Of a DNA stretch of 64,000 bases, positions 36,501 to 49,053 are shown piece by piece. The stretch is taken from contig DF237011.1 of the NCBI GenBank assembly GCA_000708835.1, positions 124,001 through 188,000 of the forward strand, written 5' to 3'. The stretch's first letter is position 1; each line of letters opens with the position of its first letter. Source of the DNA: Klebsormidium nitens. Lineage: Eukaryota; Plantae; Klebsormidiophyceae. The notes under the pieces were generated by a model that was given only the letters and a program-made list of their open reading frames with translations, searched no databases and was not told the origin of the DNA. A program made the translations under genes and the position numbers.

Positions 36501-39482
36501 TGATGCGCTTCAAGCTCAGGGCCACGCTCATGAACGACCTCGACAACCTCAAGCTCTACTATGTTGTGAGTGTCGCACCAGCACCCGTGCTGCCCAACCG
36601 AGTCTAGACTGAGGTTGTGTATTACTAGGTGTTGCTGAGGACTTGCTTCACACTTTATTGACCCTTACACAATACCGGGTGTTTGATGTTTGACTGGTCG
36701 GCTGCCTAAAACCCTGCACAGCGGTTGTGTGGTGCTTCGCTCGCATTCGCAACATACTCGCATGCTTTCCTCGCTACCCTTTTCCTTTCTTATCACATGA
36801 TGATCAACTGAAGTAGGACACTTCAAAGCCCTTATGACTCTCAGGTGCCAGCTCCGACCTTGATGAGCAAAACGCCGCGCTACTTCGTGCTCTTTCTAGC
36901 CTTTCAAGCCTCACCTCTCGGACTTTGGCCCTTCAGATGGTGACGCCAGCGCTTCTGGCGGTGGCGCTCTTGGTGCATTGCGGCAGAAACCACAACCGGC
37001 AAAAGGACTTTTAGAACCCGAACACGAAGAATCTTGTAACTTCGCGAAAGTCATGCGGACTGCGAGCTCGAGGTTGACAAAGACATTTTATATTCGTAGC
37101 TGCTCCCGTGCCTTGCGCTGGCCGCGCTGGTGCATCCAAGCTCGAATGACAACCTAAACCAACTCTCCTTCTAAATCCGAAAGAAGACGTCAAAAAAGGG
37201 AAAACCGACATTGCCTGACATTACTCGAACGTCGGCTCCGCAGCTACTTCCGTGCCTGGCGCTGGCGGCTCTGGTGCATCCAAGCACGAGCCACAACCTG
37301 GTGAACCGGATACTGTGGGCCTTCTGCGTCTACCTCGAGGCGGTCAGCGTGCTGCCACAGCTGCGGGTGATGCAAAATACCAAGGTGAGCTGTTGCAGCA
37401 TTCCTCATTTCCTTCTTTCTTTCCTTGGACCAAAGTTGTGTCCAGTTCTCATCAATCGAAAATGCTTTCAATGGCGCTCCTTGTAAGGATTAAGGGTTTC
37501 AGCAAGGATTCCACCCTGTCTCTTGCTTTTAGTTCTCTGTGCATCTTTCTACGGGTCTTCATTTCGGTCTACACCTCCGTGCTTCGTCTCAGAGACGTTG
37601 CTTCCGCCTCCTCTCCCTATCTCTCTCGGTTCCTTAGCCGTTTCCGGTCCTGTCGTTTGTTCGACGAAGCTTCCGGTTGTCCCGTTAGGCAACTTGAGGA
37701 TTGGAAGCAGGAAAGTGCTCTTCACCTAGACACCTTCAGAAGTAGGTTTTAACGGGTCTCGTCGTTTAGACTTTGCTACTGAACCCACGGGGCAATGCTA
37801 GGGCTACCATAGTCCGGTTCCGGCCGGATGTATTCCAGGTTGCCTGTCACCTTGAGTCACTTGGGTAGCTCGCCTGTTCGATACATCCGCCCGCCCGTTG
37901 ATCGAGCGACGAAGTGCTCCAAAGATAGGCTCGCGCTTCCACGTGCTTCTGCATCACAGCGTGAAGACTTTGCTCAGCAGTCACTGCAGCAGCCAACTGT
38001 GACACCAATTCCAGGTCCTCGAGCTCCGATGAGAACGGCGTCAGAGACCTCGGTGTACACGGTTCTGTAAAAGGAGGGGGCCAAGTTGAAACCACTAGGC
38101 AGAACCGTTGGAAGGAAATTTTTGAACCCAACTGGAAACGGCCTGCCCAGAACGGCATGATTAAGGAAATAACGCTTTTCATTTGGTTCCGCAGGTGGTA
38201 GAGCCTTTCACCGCGCACTACGTCTTTGCGCTCGGCATCGCAAGGTTCCTCAGTTGCGCGCACTGGGTGCTGCAGGTGGGTCCGCCTTCGAACAGTTCTC
38301 CACGATTTCCTCACTTGTCGTCCTCAGTGTTGTTGGTTTGCCGCGATTCCCTTGCCGTACTCTGAAAGCAGTTGCCCCCTCTATCGAAACTTGATGTGAT
38401 TCGTATGCTGACGGCTTATAGCATTGGCCCTCCATGCTTGGCCGGTAGTGAGCGGGCGGAGCCTCGTGGCCCCCCTCCATCTCTTTGCATCAGAGTGCAT
38501 CAAATTGAACGATTCACTGGAGAGTGGTTGAAGACGCGGATCGTGAGACGGTCGTTCAGCACGTTATCGCTCTGACTTCAGGAGCTGACGTCAGCCGAGC
38601 TTCCTTGTGCAGGTGATTGACGGGAACAGCTTCCTGCTGACGGTGCTGGGCACGGGGCTTTGGCCGGTCGCGGTGCTGCTAAGCGAGATCGTGCAGACCT
38701 TCATTCTGGCGGACTTCTGCTACTACTACGTCAAGAGGTGAGCAGAGCGGATACCCACATGTTTCTTTCAGTTCGCCACTTTTGCCCTGTGCCGGGATTT
38801 GCGTTTTGATTCCGGAAAGCAGGACTGCAGAGCCAACGCGTGCAGAGCTTCATCCGCGAGGACTTTTGCTACTGCTACGTCAAGAGGTGAACACAGCATA
38901 TTTGGTCTCATTTTTCTTCACTTGGCCTCTTTGCGTGGTGTCACGGTTTGTGTTCTTACCTTTCAGAAACTTGAGGATTGCGGGATGTACTTCGTGCTGC
39001 CGAGCATGCTTGTGCAGATTTCGATCTCAAAGCTAGCAGAGATTGCAGAGCAAATCCTATTGTAGGCTTTGTTCTTACGTTCCCTGCTGAATTTCGATTG
39101 CAAGTGGGTCTGGGGGGTTGCCCTGACCCTGATGAGTGGGTGCCTCCGTTCCTTTCATCGCCATGCGGCTATGCAGTTGCACTTGGGTTTTCTTCGTAGT
39201 CAAGTGGAAACGTTTAAGACGGAAGCTTGTTGCGGACTGTATCCTTGATCTCCATATAAAGCAGTGAATAATAAGACGCCAAGCTGGCGGCATCTTAAGA
39301 AGCGATCTGGATCGTTAATGGGCTCGATCTCGAGATAACTGGATTCCTGGTGGACTCAGCTTGACTTCAAAAGCCTTTCTCTTCTGGATCTGACCGTTGT
39401 CAATGCTGAACCGCGTTATCTGCTCTGTTGCAGTCTCGTGGAGGGTCAAATGATGGTCCGGCTACCATCAGGCATTGTCTAA
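33508..39482 (+). CDS. ERD2: ER lumen protein-retaining receptor family, ERD2-related (ERP) subclass with N-terminal extension, 275 aa
   Basis: Exons 33508-33739, 36366-36565, 37244-37384, 38195-38275, 38613-38737 and 39434-39482 join in frame (828 nt). Motifs DHDNLFVAAE, KTCAGLSLKSQELTAIFLA, VYLEAVSVLPQL, VQTFILADFCYYYVKS, RLPSGIV*. Confidence 0.94.
35160..36440 (+). repeat. Tandem 136-159-bp repeat: acceptor + 5' half of ERD2 exon 2 (eight decayed copies plus the real exon)
   Basis: cag|gcctgtctctgaagagccaggagctgacggcgatc... variants at about 35165, 35311, 35469, 35618, 35769, 35905, 36060, 36207 and 36366. Confidence 0.96.
38700..38895 (+). repeat. Donor echo of ERD2 exon 5
   Basis: ggacttttgctactgctacgtcaagag|gtgaac ends at 38886, versus the real ggacttctgctactactacgtcaagag|gtgagc at 38737. 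Confidence 0.88.
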
Positions 39483-41729
39483 AGGGTTTGGAAAGACGAG
39501 AGAAACAGAATTTTGGGGCGACATTGAGGAAAAGCAGAACTTTGTAGGGGTTCGCCGTCTGCCTGTGCTGAAATGTTGAGAAACTTGGTCTTGAACGTGG
39601 ATCGACTTTCGAAGACATATCCGAGCTACTTTTGCGGAATCCATCACAAAGTCGGGAACTCATACATTTGCCACCTGTCAACTTTGCAGCACAATTGAAG
39701 GCCAAATGCTTGTCCGGCTACCCACATAGGCGAAAGTCGGGATATGGTAGATCGGGCTAGCTTTCCCATCACGAGGTACGTAGGACGAGATTGCCTGCCT
39801 AAAAAAGTTTGAAACTACTACGGACGAGAGAATGAAATGCTAGTCTGGCTTCAGTTAACGTCACTTGAAACCATCGACACGGGTGCCTACCGAATCACAC
39901 GATTCTTGAATCATGCGAACATTTATTGAGGGTCACGATCACAGCGGCTTTCAAGTCTGATGCATGTGGCTCGCGGCGGGGAAATATTATTGTCAGCGAG
40001 TGAGTCGATACTGCTATTATCCCGAGCGTCGAATACTACATGCATCATGTGACTTGTGACTCGGACATTGGTGGATTTTGCGCCGCTAGCACTGCGCGCG
40101 CCGGCGACTTGGAAGGTATCATTTGTTACATTATGCATCCGATCTGGCATCATAACTTAGTAAGAAGCATCCGTGCATGATTCGAATTTCGTGCGGTCGC
40201 GCACAAGCAACCTGAACCTGCGAGTCTAGAGGCAAAAAGTTGAAAAATCCGTGCGCAATAGGGAGTTTCGCGCCGAGTCGCGTATGCGTGTACTCACGGC
40301 GATTTTTACCCGCAGAATTGCCATTTTTTGATGTTTAAGATCATATTTGACATGGTCGGTATCATATGTGGGTCAAATTGGACGATGTAAAATGTTGGAG
40401 TTCATGGGGAGGGCGTATACAAGAGATTGACCGGAGGGTTTGGTCCAAATAATTTTTTCGACCGACTTATGGCAGCTTTTCGGCCAGATTTTGACTTTTG
40501 CCCCGTGTACGGGCGATTTTGACCTCCGAAAACGGCTAAGTCCCGAATTTTTACACTGAATCGAAAACCGCCGTACGACTCGCCGGCGGTAATTCGAAAA
40601 TTCACCGCCGCGCTCGACTCAAACAAATAACGAAGAATCTACCGCGAACAAAAAAGAATTCCCAGGTTGCTTGTGGCGCAGTGAGCATGCGCGGCATACG
40701 TCCACATGCACTCGGAACATGTGCTCACTAGGTACGGCCTCAGGCTGCCGCGGCAGGACTGAGCGCTGTGCCAGGCCTCGGATGCATGGCCGGCTAAATA
40801 TAGAGGGCCACGCGCGTGTGAAATATGCATGAAAATAACATATGCCATCGAGAATGAAGGTTTTATGGCCACGGTCGGACACTGATCAGTGCATGCGCCA
40901 CGATCCGACATGGTCACTATATCACAATCGGGTGACTGTCATGCATGAGCCCGTCGAGTCCCTGCACCGGCTTCACCATGATACCGTCATGCAGTGGCCC
41001 ATGCGCACATCGCCTGTCGTGAGTGACGTCATGCGTCAATGTACGTACTAACATCAGGCTTGCATGTCCTGCAATTCGCAGATTTCTAATTCAGTCCATG
41101 CATTGTTACGACGACGCCCGCTGTATCTTTTGAATCCAGACAGTTGAACCAAAGCTAAGACAGATTGATCCGATCTGCAACCTATTTCCTTAGGAACACC
41201 CGACCTGTATGGGATGAACACCCGACTTGAAACGTGCCCGCTAGTTGGAGACTCGCTCAAAGACAGGCGAATGGCCCGTGGTCAGGTCATCCTGCAGGGA
41301 CAGAAATCCGAACCTCATCACTGATTCTCAACAGAGGATGTCACAGCTACGTGGATCGGCTCCGGCAATTATAGGCTCTCGTCTCCTACTAACGAATCAA
41401 GGAACAACCCAGGCAAGTCCGAAGTCTGCAATGGCGTCCCGATTACCAGCACCTTCCAACAGGGACTCCTGAATCCTAAATGTCTGAGACCCTATAAGTA
41501 TGCAACATCCCTAAACCACTAAACCCCAGAATAGTAAAACCTGGGAGACACTGCCCGGATTACCTGTTGAATGAAGTCGATAACGGCAAATGGCCATCCC
41601 TTTGACATGGTGGCGCATCTTTTGAATGGAAAACCACATGACGAGTGACAGCCCAAGTTTCACGAGCTACATCCCTGGCAACATTCAGCGGGTACTGCAA
41701 TCAGCATCTCATTGTCGTCCTACTGTCTT

Positions 41730-41820
41730 GCGTAAGTAGGCCGAAGTGCGCCAGACTAGATTGACTTTCAATTCTGCTCGATTTCGGGATTAGGACGAGG
41801 TTCGAACCTGTCCTCGGGCA
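41730..41820 (+). other. Possible decayed tRNA-like / SINE-head sequence
   Basis: A-box-like taggccgaagtg and B-box-like ggttcgaacc, with a 3' end ...tcctcgggca. The acceptor and anticodon stems do not pair properly. Confidence 0.25.
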
Positions 41821-41890
41821 TTCCGCCGTGCGTGACTTCGAGTTTTTTTTGTCTTCAAGACCGTTCAGAAGGCATTCTGGACTGCCTTAC

Positions 41891-41981
41891 CTCGCTCCTT
41901 TGGGCTTATGGCTTCTCCCGCCCAGCTCGCGCAGCTATTCTGCCGCGCCTGGTTGCGAGTCGCCTGCGCGATCGTGGCTAC
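41891..41981 (-). other. Isolated internal exon of an unidentified minus-strand gene or pseudogene
   Basis: Pyrimidine-rich acceptor (ttctccttgcag|) and strong donor (gag|gtaagg) flank an open 91-nt exon reading VATIAQATRNQARQNSCASWAGEAISPKER. Acceptor echoes lie upstream. Confidence 0.4.
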
Positions 41982-42420
41982 CTGCAAGGAGAACGACAAA
42001 GACGAGTCAGACAGGCCTTTTGGAACACATTTGCCCTCTGCGAAGACGATTATGCCGCCTCCTTATCGCTTCGAAAGGCCCTGTGGCCGCTTCTCGCGAA
42101 GCGTGCAGGCTCATTGCCGCCTGTGAGAATAAGAGCGGCCAGGAATCAGGCAATGCCTTCAAGTATAGACCGCTCCTTCCGCAGACACCTTTCTCGATCG
42201 GATTGCCCCGAAGCTGGTCCGGAAATTCGCCGGCGCGATCGTGGCTACCTGCGCAAGAAAAGACGGAGAGGAATTGACAGGGCCTTCCAGGATAAACTGG
42301 CCTTTTGCAAAGACAGATTTGCTGGAATCTATTACAAGGCCCTGTAACCGAATGGTATTGGCCCTCGTGATCGTGGCTACCTGCGAGAGAAATGACGGAG
42401 AGGGACGGAGATCTAGGGCC
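41960..42420 (-). repeat. Acceptor echoes (~130-bp period) upstream of the exon at 41981
   Basis: Pyrimidine tract + cag|gtagccacgatc at 41981, 42248 and 42380. A decayed unit lies at about 42120. Confidence 0.8.
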
Positions 42421-42962
42421 TTCCACTTTTTACAAGAAGGTGTGCAGTTAATGCACAAACTGGAAAAAGGTGGATATCCGACCCTCTGCATCTGATCCTC
42501 CTGTAACGTCCTCAACTTTCCCACGCAAAACTCCGGCTCCTAATCCAGACCTTCTTGAAAGGGAGCGAGGAATTGATTGGTTCTCGCAGAACTTAAGTCA
42601 CCCGGCGGCGCAGCAGGATCACCTGATTCTTGTACACTGTTTTCCTAAGCGCGAGCAGATTTCGGTTACCTCGATAAAACAGAGACCAGCTTGTCTCAGC
42701 GAGATCCGGTCACCTGTTGGTGTAGCAGCGCCGTCTTTTCCCCGTAAAAAGCCACGTCGGCCTCGGACGGCGCCACCCGCCAGACCGCTCACGTCAGGCG
42801 GCGCCGAGAGGGACACGTGTCACGGGACGACGACGGTGTTCCACTAGAGCGGGGATGCTAACGTGGCACGAGGGGTGCCCTTCTTCCGGGCCCTCCGCTC
42901 CATGCGCAGCCGGACGTCGAGCGGAAAAAGCTTTGTTTTATCGCGAGCAGCCGCGCTCCGTG

Positions 42963-43052
42963 TTTCGGCTTTCTGTTTTCCGCTTACCGCTTCCCGCTTC
43001 CGGCTTCTCGCTTTCCGCTTTCCGCTTTCCGCTTTCCGTTTTTCGTTTTCCG
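42963..43052. repeat. Degenerate (CTTTCCG)n heptamer microsatellite
   Basis: Read directly from the sequence. Confidence 0.85.
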
Positions 43053-43635
43053 ATGTTCCATTTTCCCCAACCTAGGCGCGTGCGCTCGCCAGGGTTGGTC
43101 CTCTCCCGGCTGCAATGCGTTGCTCGCTGCGAGAGCGGAATAGAAGGGGCCTTAGAGAATGAAAAGCGAATAGCACACAGAAGCGTCAAGGGTGGACAAA
43201 ACGCTGGACGGAAGGTGAACGGACCGGTGTTCGAGAAGGGGCGGGAGTAGAGCGCCTGAACTTTGGAAACGAAATCAATTGATGGTTTGAAGTCCGGGAT
43301 AATCGAACAGTTCGCAAATTCGTGTTTTGTAAGTGATAGCGAAAACGGAAAGCAGAAGGGAACAGTACGCAGGACGCAGCAGGTATCAGAAGGGCTTGAA
43401 AACGGACAGAACATGGAATGCAAGGGCTTTCAACTAGGATGAGCTGCTCGTCCTACGCAGGGCGGCTTTTGTCCTGTAGAAGCGCCTGTACCGCTCACGA
43501 CGCTCATCGTCTTGACAATAGCCCTTTCGCGAAAGGCTTCGATTCGTCGTCTCTCACCTCACCGCGTATGCCCGCTCTAGTTGCTCCAACCGCTCCCTCC
43601 CCGGTCCTGAACGCCCGAGTTTCCCACCCCTAGAT

Positions 43636-46600
43636 TCAGCTGCGGCTCCCTCTCGACCAGTTCGACTTTCTGCCGATTGATCTCAGACGTGCGCGCTCGC
43701 GCTCGAGATGCGCTCGACGTTCTTGACGTGCTCGAGCTCGCGTGCGCTGCTGAGGGCACGTCTGGTGTGGGCGGAGCTCGTGCTTGAGACACGTGGCGGC
43801 CTGAGATTGGGCACTGAGGTCGGCGGTGGTCCTGATGAACTTGGGGGACAAGGTCGCGGCTTTCTGGCCGTCGATCTGCGCGGGAAGAGAAGGAAGTTGG
43901 GAGGAACGAATCCTGGCGGTTGGATGGTCAATGGTACCGTGAGCGGATTGGTAGAGTCATTTCGAGCCTTGCCCACAAATGAGCCTCTTCATACTGTGTG
44001 AAACCCTGCCAATTTGTTCGACCCGATTGGTCCAAACAACCGACCTGGAATATCAGAAGCCATACAATGGCGATCGAAAGATTCGTCGCTGTCCCCTGCC
44101 AATACTGGTCAGTGCCTTCCGTGCGAAAAGCAACTAAAGCGTTCCTTCCGTTTGCGCACCTGTGGGAGCGCGCGAGCGGATTTTTCCTCGTGCAGCTTCG
44201 CAGCCTCCGTCCTCCCGTGCTCAAACCTCGCGCATCTCTGCGCGCAGTTGGTTGAAGTCGGCCGCGCTCGGCCGCGGCCGCCTGGTAACCGCCCTCGCGG
44301 CCGGCTTGTCGCTGCTCGCGCGCCACTTTCGGACCTGCGAAGCGACGTAAGAGGAGCGGTTGCAAAATACCTTCCGTTTTCATTGCAGGCGCTCGAATAC
44401 GCAGAGCGTCGGGAGAGCGGGTGACGACTATTCCTGAGCTCATTCCCCGCACTCAGCAACCGCTGAAAGTATCCAAAAGGAGAGGGGTTGGCTTTCGGGC
44501 GATTTATAAGCTCTGGCTCATGAGCTTCGCCCGTCTACTAAGCCCAGTCGACAAGCTTCGAAAACAAAGAAGTGGTTCTAGACGGTACAGCTACGTAAAT
44601 AGCTGGTCGGTTGGACGTCACCAAGGCACCGAATGGACTCGTTTCACTCGTGATTTTGCCCCACTACTATCCAGCGAGGCATTGCCAACGCTGCGGCCGT
44701 ACAATTAGCTAAGATGACTTAGCTTCACGCATCGAGGCACTGAAGACATATATGCACCATTCACGAAAGCGGCGTTAGGTTCCAAGAAGAACCGGCGGTG
44801 GTTGCCTGCAGATATTGTGTAGGTTCTTTCATCAATGAAATGGTCTTCCGTTTCCGCTCCAAGGTTGCTCCGTTGCTACTCACCTCTGCCTCCAGCTCGC
44901 CCACTCTAGTCCGGAATCCGGTTTCAGTTCCGCTGGTGCAGCTCGAAAAGCGGCGGCCGCAGTCGCGGCTCGAAGGCGCTTGGCTCTCCCCATACGCCAC
45001 TTGGAGCTGCTTCGCAAGGGCGGCGACCTGGACAGCAGGGGTTAACGGACAGGTTAAGGAATGTTTATAACGGGTCCAAAAGAGGTTTATAACCTTTTCA
45101 TGAAGGGCCTTCTTCCGGATTCAAGGAAAGACTGATTTAAAATCACTCGTCCCAGAGGCGTGCTCCATGGGACGAACGATACTCGAATGACGTTGGAATG
45201 ATAGGGCGGTGCAAAATGAAAATTGACTCTTAGACCTTAACAGAAGCGACGAGAGCGCTCAGTCAGAACTTGCTTCAAAGCAGGACTCATGATGAACACG
45301 CTGGTGAAAGTAATCTCCAGCGACTTTGACAAACCCAGGCCGCAAGCATCACAGGATAGCACGTTTTGGCGTTGACTGACAAGCTTACGGCAAGACAGGA
45401 CACCTTATTCGGAGATTCGGAATCTTAATTTCAAGGGACCTGACCAACTTGCAAGATCGAGACGTTTCATTGAAGCAGACTCCATCTTGATTAAGAACTG
45501 CTGCTTGCACAGACAACTGAGACAGGGCGACCAAGTTGAAACAAGGACAAAGCGAGTGCCGGAGTCAAAAGATCGGGAAAGGAGGCAGCCAGCGGCCCGC
45601 AAGGATCACTACAACGAAAAGTCGGGGGACGTGGAAACGACCTTACCTGCGGCACGGGGAGCCCCTTCGCGTTGCCAACCAGCTGCTGTCTGACGTCACC
45701 CTACGTTGCTACCCAGCTGCTGTCTGACGTTGCGGTACGTGCTGACCGTCTGCAGGTTGACGTCACCTCGTCGGGCCCCCGCGGTGTCGCGGCCGCCTCT
45801 CTCCCCGTCCCGCCTTGCCGCACGTGCGCCACCTCAGCGCGCGCTTCGTGCAGCTCTTTCTCCGTGCGCGCGCGCGCGCGCGCTCGCCCACGCTTTCCTC
45901 GGCCCGCGTTTCTTGCTTCCTTCTCGAACGCCTCCGTTGTAGGGGCCGGGGCGTAGGCGTTCGGACGACAACGGAACGATGCGCGCGCGGGCGGCTTCCT
46001 ACAACGAGGCAGGACATGCGTCAGCGCCACGTTTGGAACGAGCAAGGAGCCAAAAAGGGAGAAAGGGAGCCGGTTCGCGGAGAATGAGAGCCAGCGTCTG
46101 CTTCACCTTCTAAACTGCTCTAGATGCGAGGAGGGAATGGGGAAATGATTACAATCGAGCGAGGTCAACAACGAGAGGCGTCTTCGATATGCATCGAACG
46201 GATTTCCTACCAGAAGATCAGCCGCATGAGATCAATCTCCAGTAAGGGACCACGCGCCAAATTCTTCCATGTGTTGGACGGACCTTCCCTCCTCACACAA
46301 CGCGTCAATCAAACAAAGGTCACTACGGACGGCTCTTTGACCAGAAGCCTTCCCTCGAGGCAATCGACAAACGACTCAAACGAAGAGTTTCAGTCAAACA
46401 GCAAAGATATCGGACATGCATAACCTTCTCCTCCTGGACTTTCGCTGGTTGACGTTAATGCCAGATGTCAAACGGAGGGTTTTGTCCTGGGTACGGTTAA
46501 ACCCCTCTTTACCCACCTGGGTTGGACGTCCGTAAGGAGAGCTTGCCCCTGCCAGCCCGTACCACCGGGTAACCGGATGCCTTGTGCGGGAGTGTCACCG

Positions 46601-48291
46601 AGCTTGCTGACGTCACTCCTCACGTCAGCAGCGCGGCCTCGCAGGAACTCCTTCCGATTTGGGGGCCGCAGGAGTAGAGGCGGCCGCGCGATTCGGGGTG
46701 GGTCCGTTCTGCACGACGGATGGAAGGAGGGGTTTCGCATTTGTTCTGAAGAGGGCGTCAGGTCGCCACGAACTGCACCGACACAACAGTGAGCCAGGTC
46801 TCCTTTGCCATCGCCGCAGATATAATCCGCTGACGTAGTTTGTCGGCGACGGCAGGCTTGAATATTCGCATGTGATGTTGCCTTCTGACGTCAGGCGTTA
46901 CGGCCGGGGTCACAGGACGCCCACTTGACGAGCAGCGACTTGCAGTCGCGGATCGGGAATTTCAAAGTGGCTTGCAAGAGGATCGAGGTGCCTTTCCGGA
47001 TCGAACGAGTGATCGTTCTCTGAGCGAGAGGGATCTCAGAGAGGGCGGATTCAGTTTCTTGAGAGCCAACGCAGCGTTATAGAAAACAAGCTCCTTGACC
47101 AACAAGGAGTCCAAATTGCGTGAATCAGCAGTCGACCGACTGTCCGACTTGCGATTGTAGATTATTTTTCATGTAATTGATTCAGGCCGAATTCTGCATT
47201 CCATTTGTAAGAGCGCAAGCTACCTACCTGTGGCTGGTCGAAGGGCTGTCCTCGGCCAAACCAAGCGTCAAGCTGGCAAGATGGCCGGATGAGGGGGCTA
47301 CCCGAGGAAACGGGCACGCCACGGCCAAGGATGAATGGATTCGAAGAAGAGAGCCTTGATATGAGCGCGACCGGACCTGCAAGAATTTGAAGGTCGCCGG
47401 TTAGCAAAACGCATCCTAGAGGATCTTTCATCCTCTAGCGGATCATCCACACGTGGAAGGCGTTTTGTGTTAGATGGCTATGAAAAGAGTGACGCAAGCT
47501 GGCTAGCCTAATCACTTGGGCTCTAAAGCCAAAGATTGATTTAGACCGGTAACGCATTATGGCTTTCCTAGGCGAGAATGGAAGCGGGTGCCTGTACTGC
47601 ATGGCAACAGCAGAAAGGAACAAAACGACACGAAAACGGGGTGGTGCAAGGCACACCAAGCAGTTGAAGCCGAGCAATAGGGGGCAAGATAATTTCCCCC
47701 TGGCTGTCTGCGCGCAAGACACACTAAGCTGGGGGGCACAACCGACACGTTTCCTTGCCTCAGCGCCCCAGCAAAGGTGCAGACTACCATGCGGCGCGCA
47801 TGATGGGGTGCGCCGCATCGCAGCTTGCTCATCAACCTCTCATCACCCTCCCATCACCCTCCCACCCCCCCCCTCTCATCACCCTTGCTGAGAGGGAGCT
47901 GAGGACGAGGAATGTGTGCAGGGGGTGAGAAAACGACTTCCTTGCGTCCAGTGACTTCATGAAAGGTCGTACCTGCCGACGGCCCCTTGACCAGGGCACC
48001 ACTCCGCCGCCCGTCAGCTGCCGCCGTCTGCCGACCTTCCCGTTTTTGAATCCTTATCCGCATCCCCGCCGGCCCGTCGAATGGGCCTTCCCGGATCTGC
48101 TGATGCGCCTGCATCATCACAGAGCCAGACGACCATAATCTCGTCGACACTTCGAATTCCAAATATGTGAATTTCTGCCAATGGCAAAAATTCCACAATG
48201 GTACTTGTCCGTACAAGACGGCCGTTTTTCCATTTGAACGATTTGCGCAACAAAGACTTTCTTTTAGGCCGGAAATTTGAAAAGGTGTCAT
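43636..48291 (-). pseudogene. Degenerate multi-exon gene for a low-complexity / coiled-coil-like protein
   Basis: Phase-compatible GT-AG exons 46745-46517, 45998-45747, 44334-44160 and 43875-43636. Further candidate exons near 46.9-47.1, 47.2-47.4 and 48.0-48.3 kb need a frameshift to join. No recognisable domain. Confidence 0.35.
45866..45883. repeat. (GC)9 dinucleotide run
   Basis: Read directly from the sequence. Confidence 0.85.
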
Positions 48292-49053
48292 TGAACATCG
48301 AAGCTCAAAATGGCATGATGGGGTGGCCCTTCACGTCAAAGCATTCAAGGCTTGGGCATCCCGTAAGAGCACGAAGGTGCTTCTCTGATTGACGTACCGG
48401 CCTTAGTCGTCGGCTTTCTCGTTCTCTTTGTACTTGACGACGTCTTGGTTGATTTAGCGATTGTGCGTTGAGCTGGCTTAGACGCTGATCTAACCGCAGT
48501 TGGTGGCTTCGGAGTAGGGGCGCTGGGGAAAATGGTTGCAAAAGATCAGCCAAGCTTGACATTGGTCTAGCACCAAGTAGTTGCAATGAACAGCCTGAGG
48601 TGGTTGGACAATTGGGCGTGGGTCCCGGTTGGAGGCCCTTGTGGCAGAAGACTTTCAGCTCAAACAACCGCCCTGGCTGTCATGGGTCGGTGGCCGCTTT
48701 CAGGCAGACCATCGAATGTCGTCGATTGGTGTTTCAAGTGTAAGATCTTCGAGTAACAGATAACCTAATTACAGAACGATGAAAGGTGCGTCAACATCTT
48801 CAGGAAGCATCTTCAAGAAGCATCGCCCCGGATCTTGCTTCTCTAGCACGATATTGTTGACAAGAGGTTTGCAGATCTTTACCTTAAAATGGTTTTAGGT
48901 TTTAGCGAGGGACTTTGAACGTTTTCAGTCCTGGGCGCTATTCCACAATGGACAAGCCCTCATTCTCTTCTCCTCACCCTATTTCTCAATTGCAACCCCA
49001 TTGTTAACCTGGCAAACACCCGCTTAACAGAGATTTTCACCAACTCTCACCCT

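Noticed and set aside
40190-40640. DNA transposon end
   Set aside because: The composition is suggestive, but I found no terminal inverted repeat or TSD.
41730-41820. Functional tRNA-Sec, tRNA-Leu or tRNA-Ser
   Set aside because: The acceptor stem 5' strand matches only about 4/7 and there is no proper 7-nt anticodon loop.
41832-42347. Plus-strand RDRGYL-repeat protein
   Set aside because: The repeat is better explained as minus-strand acceptor echoes; the purine-rich 'KKRRR' stretches are pyrimidine tracts on the other strand.
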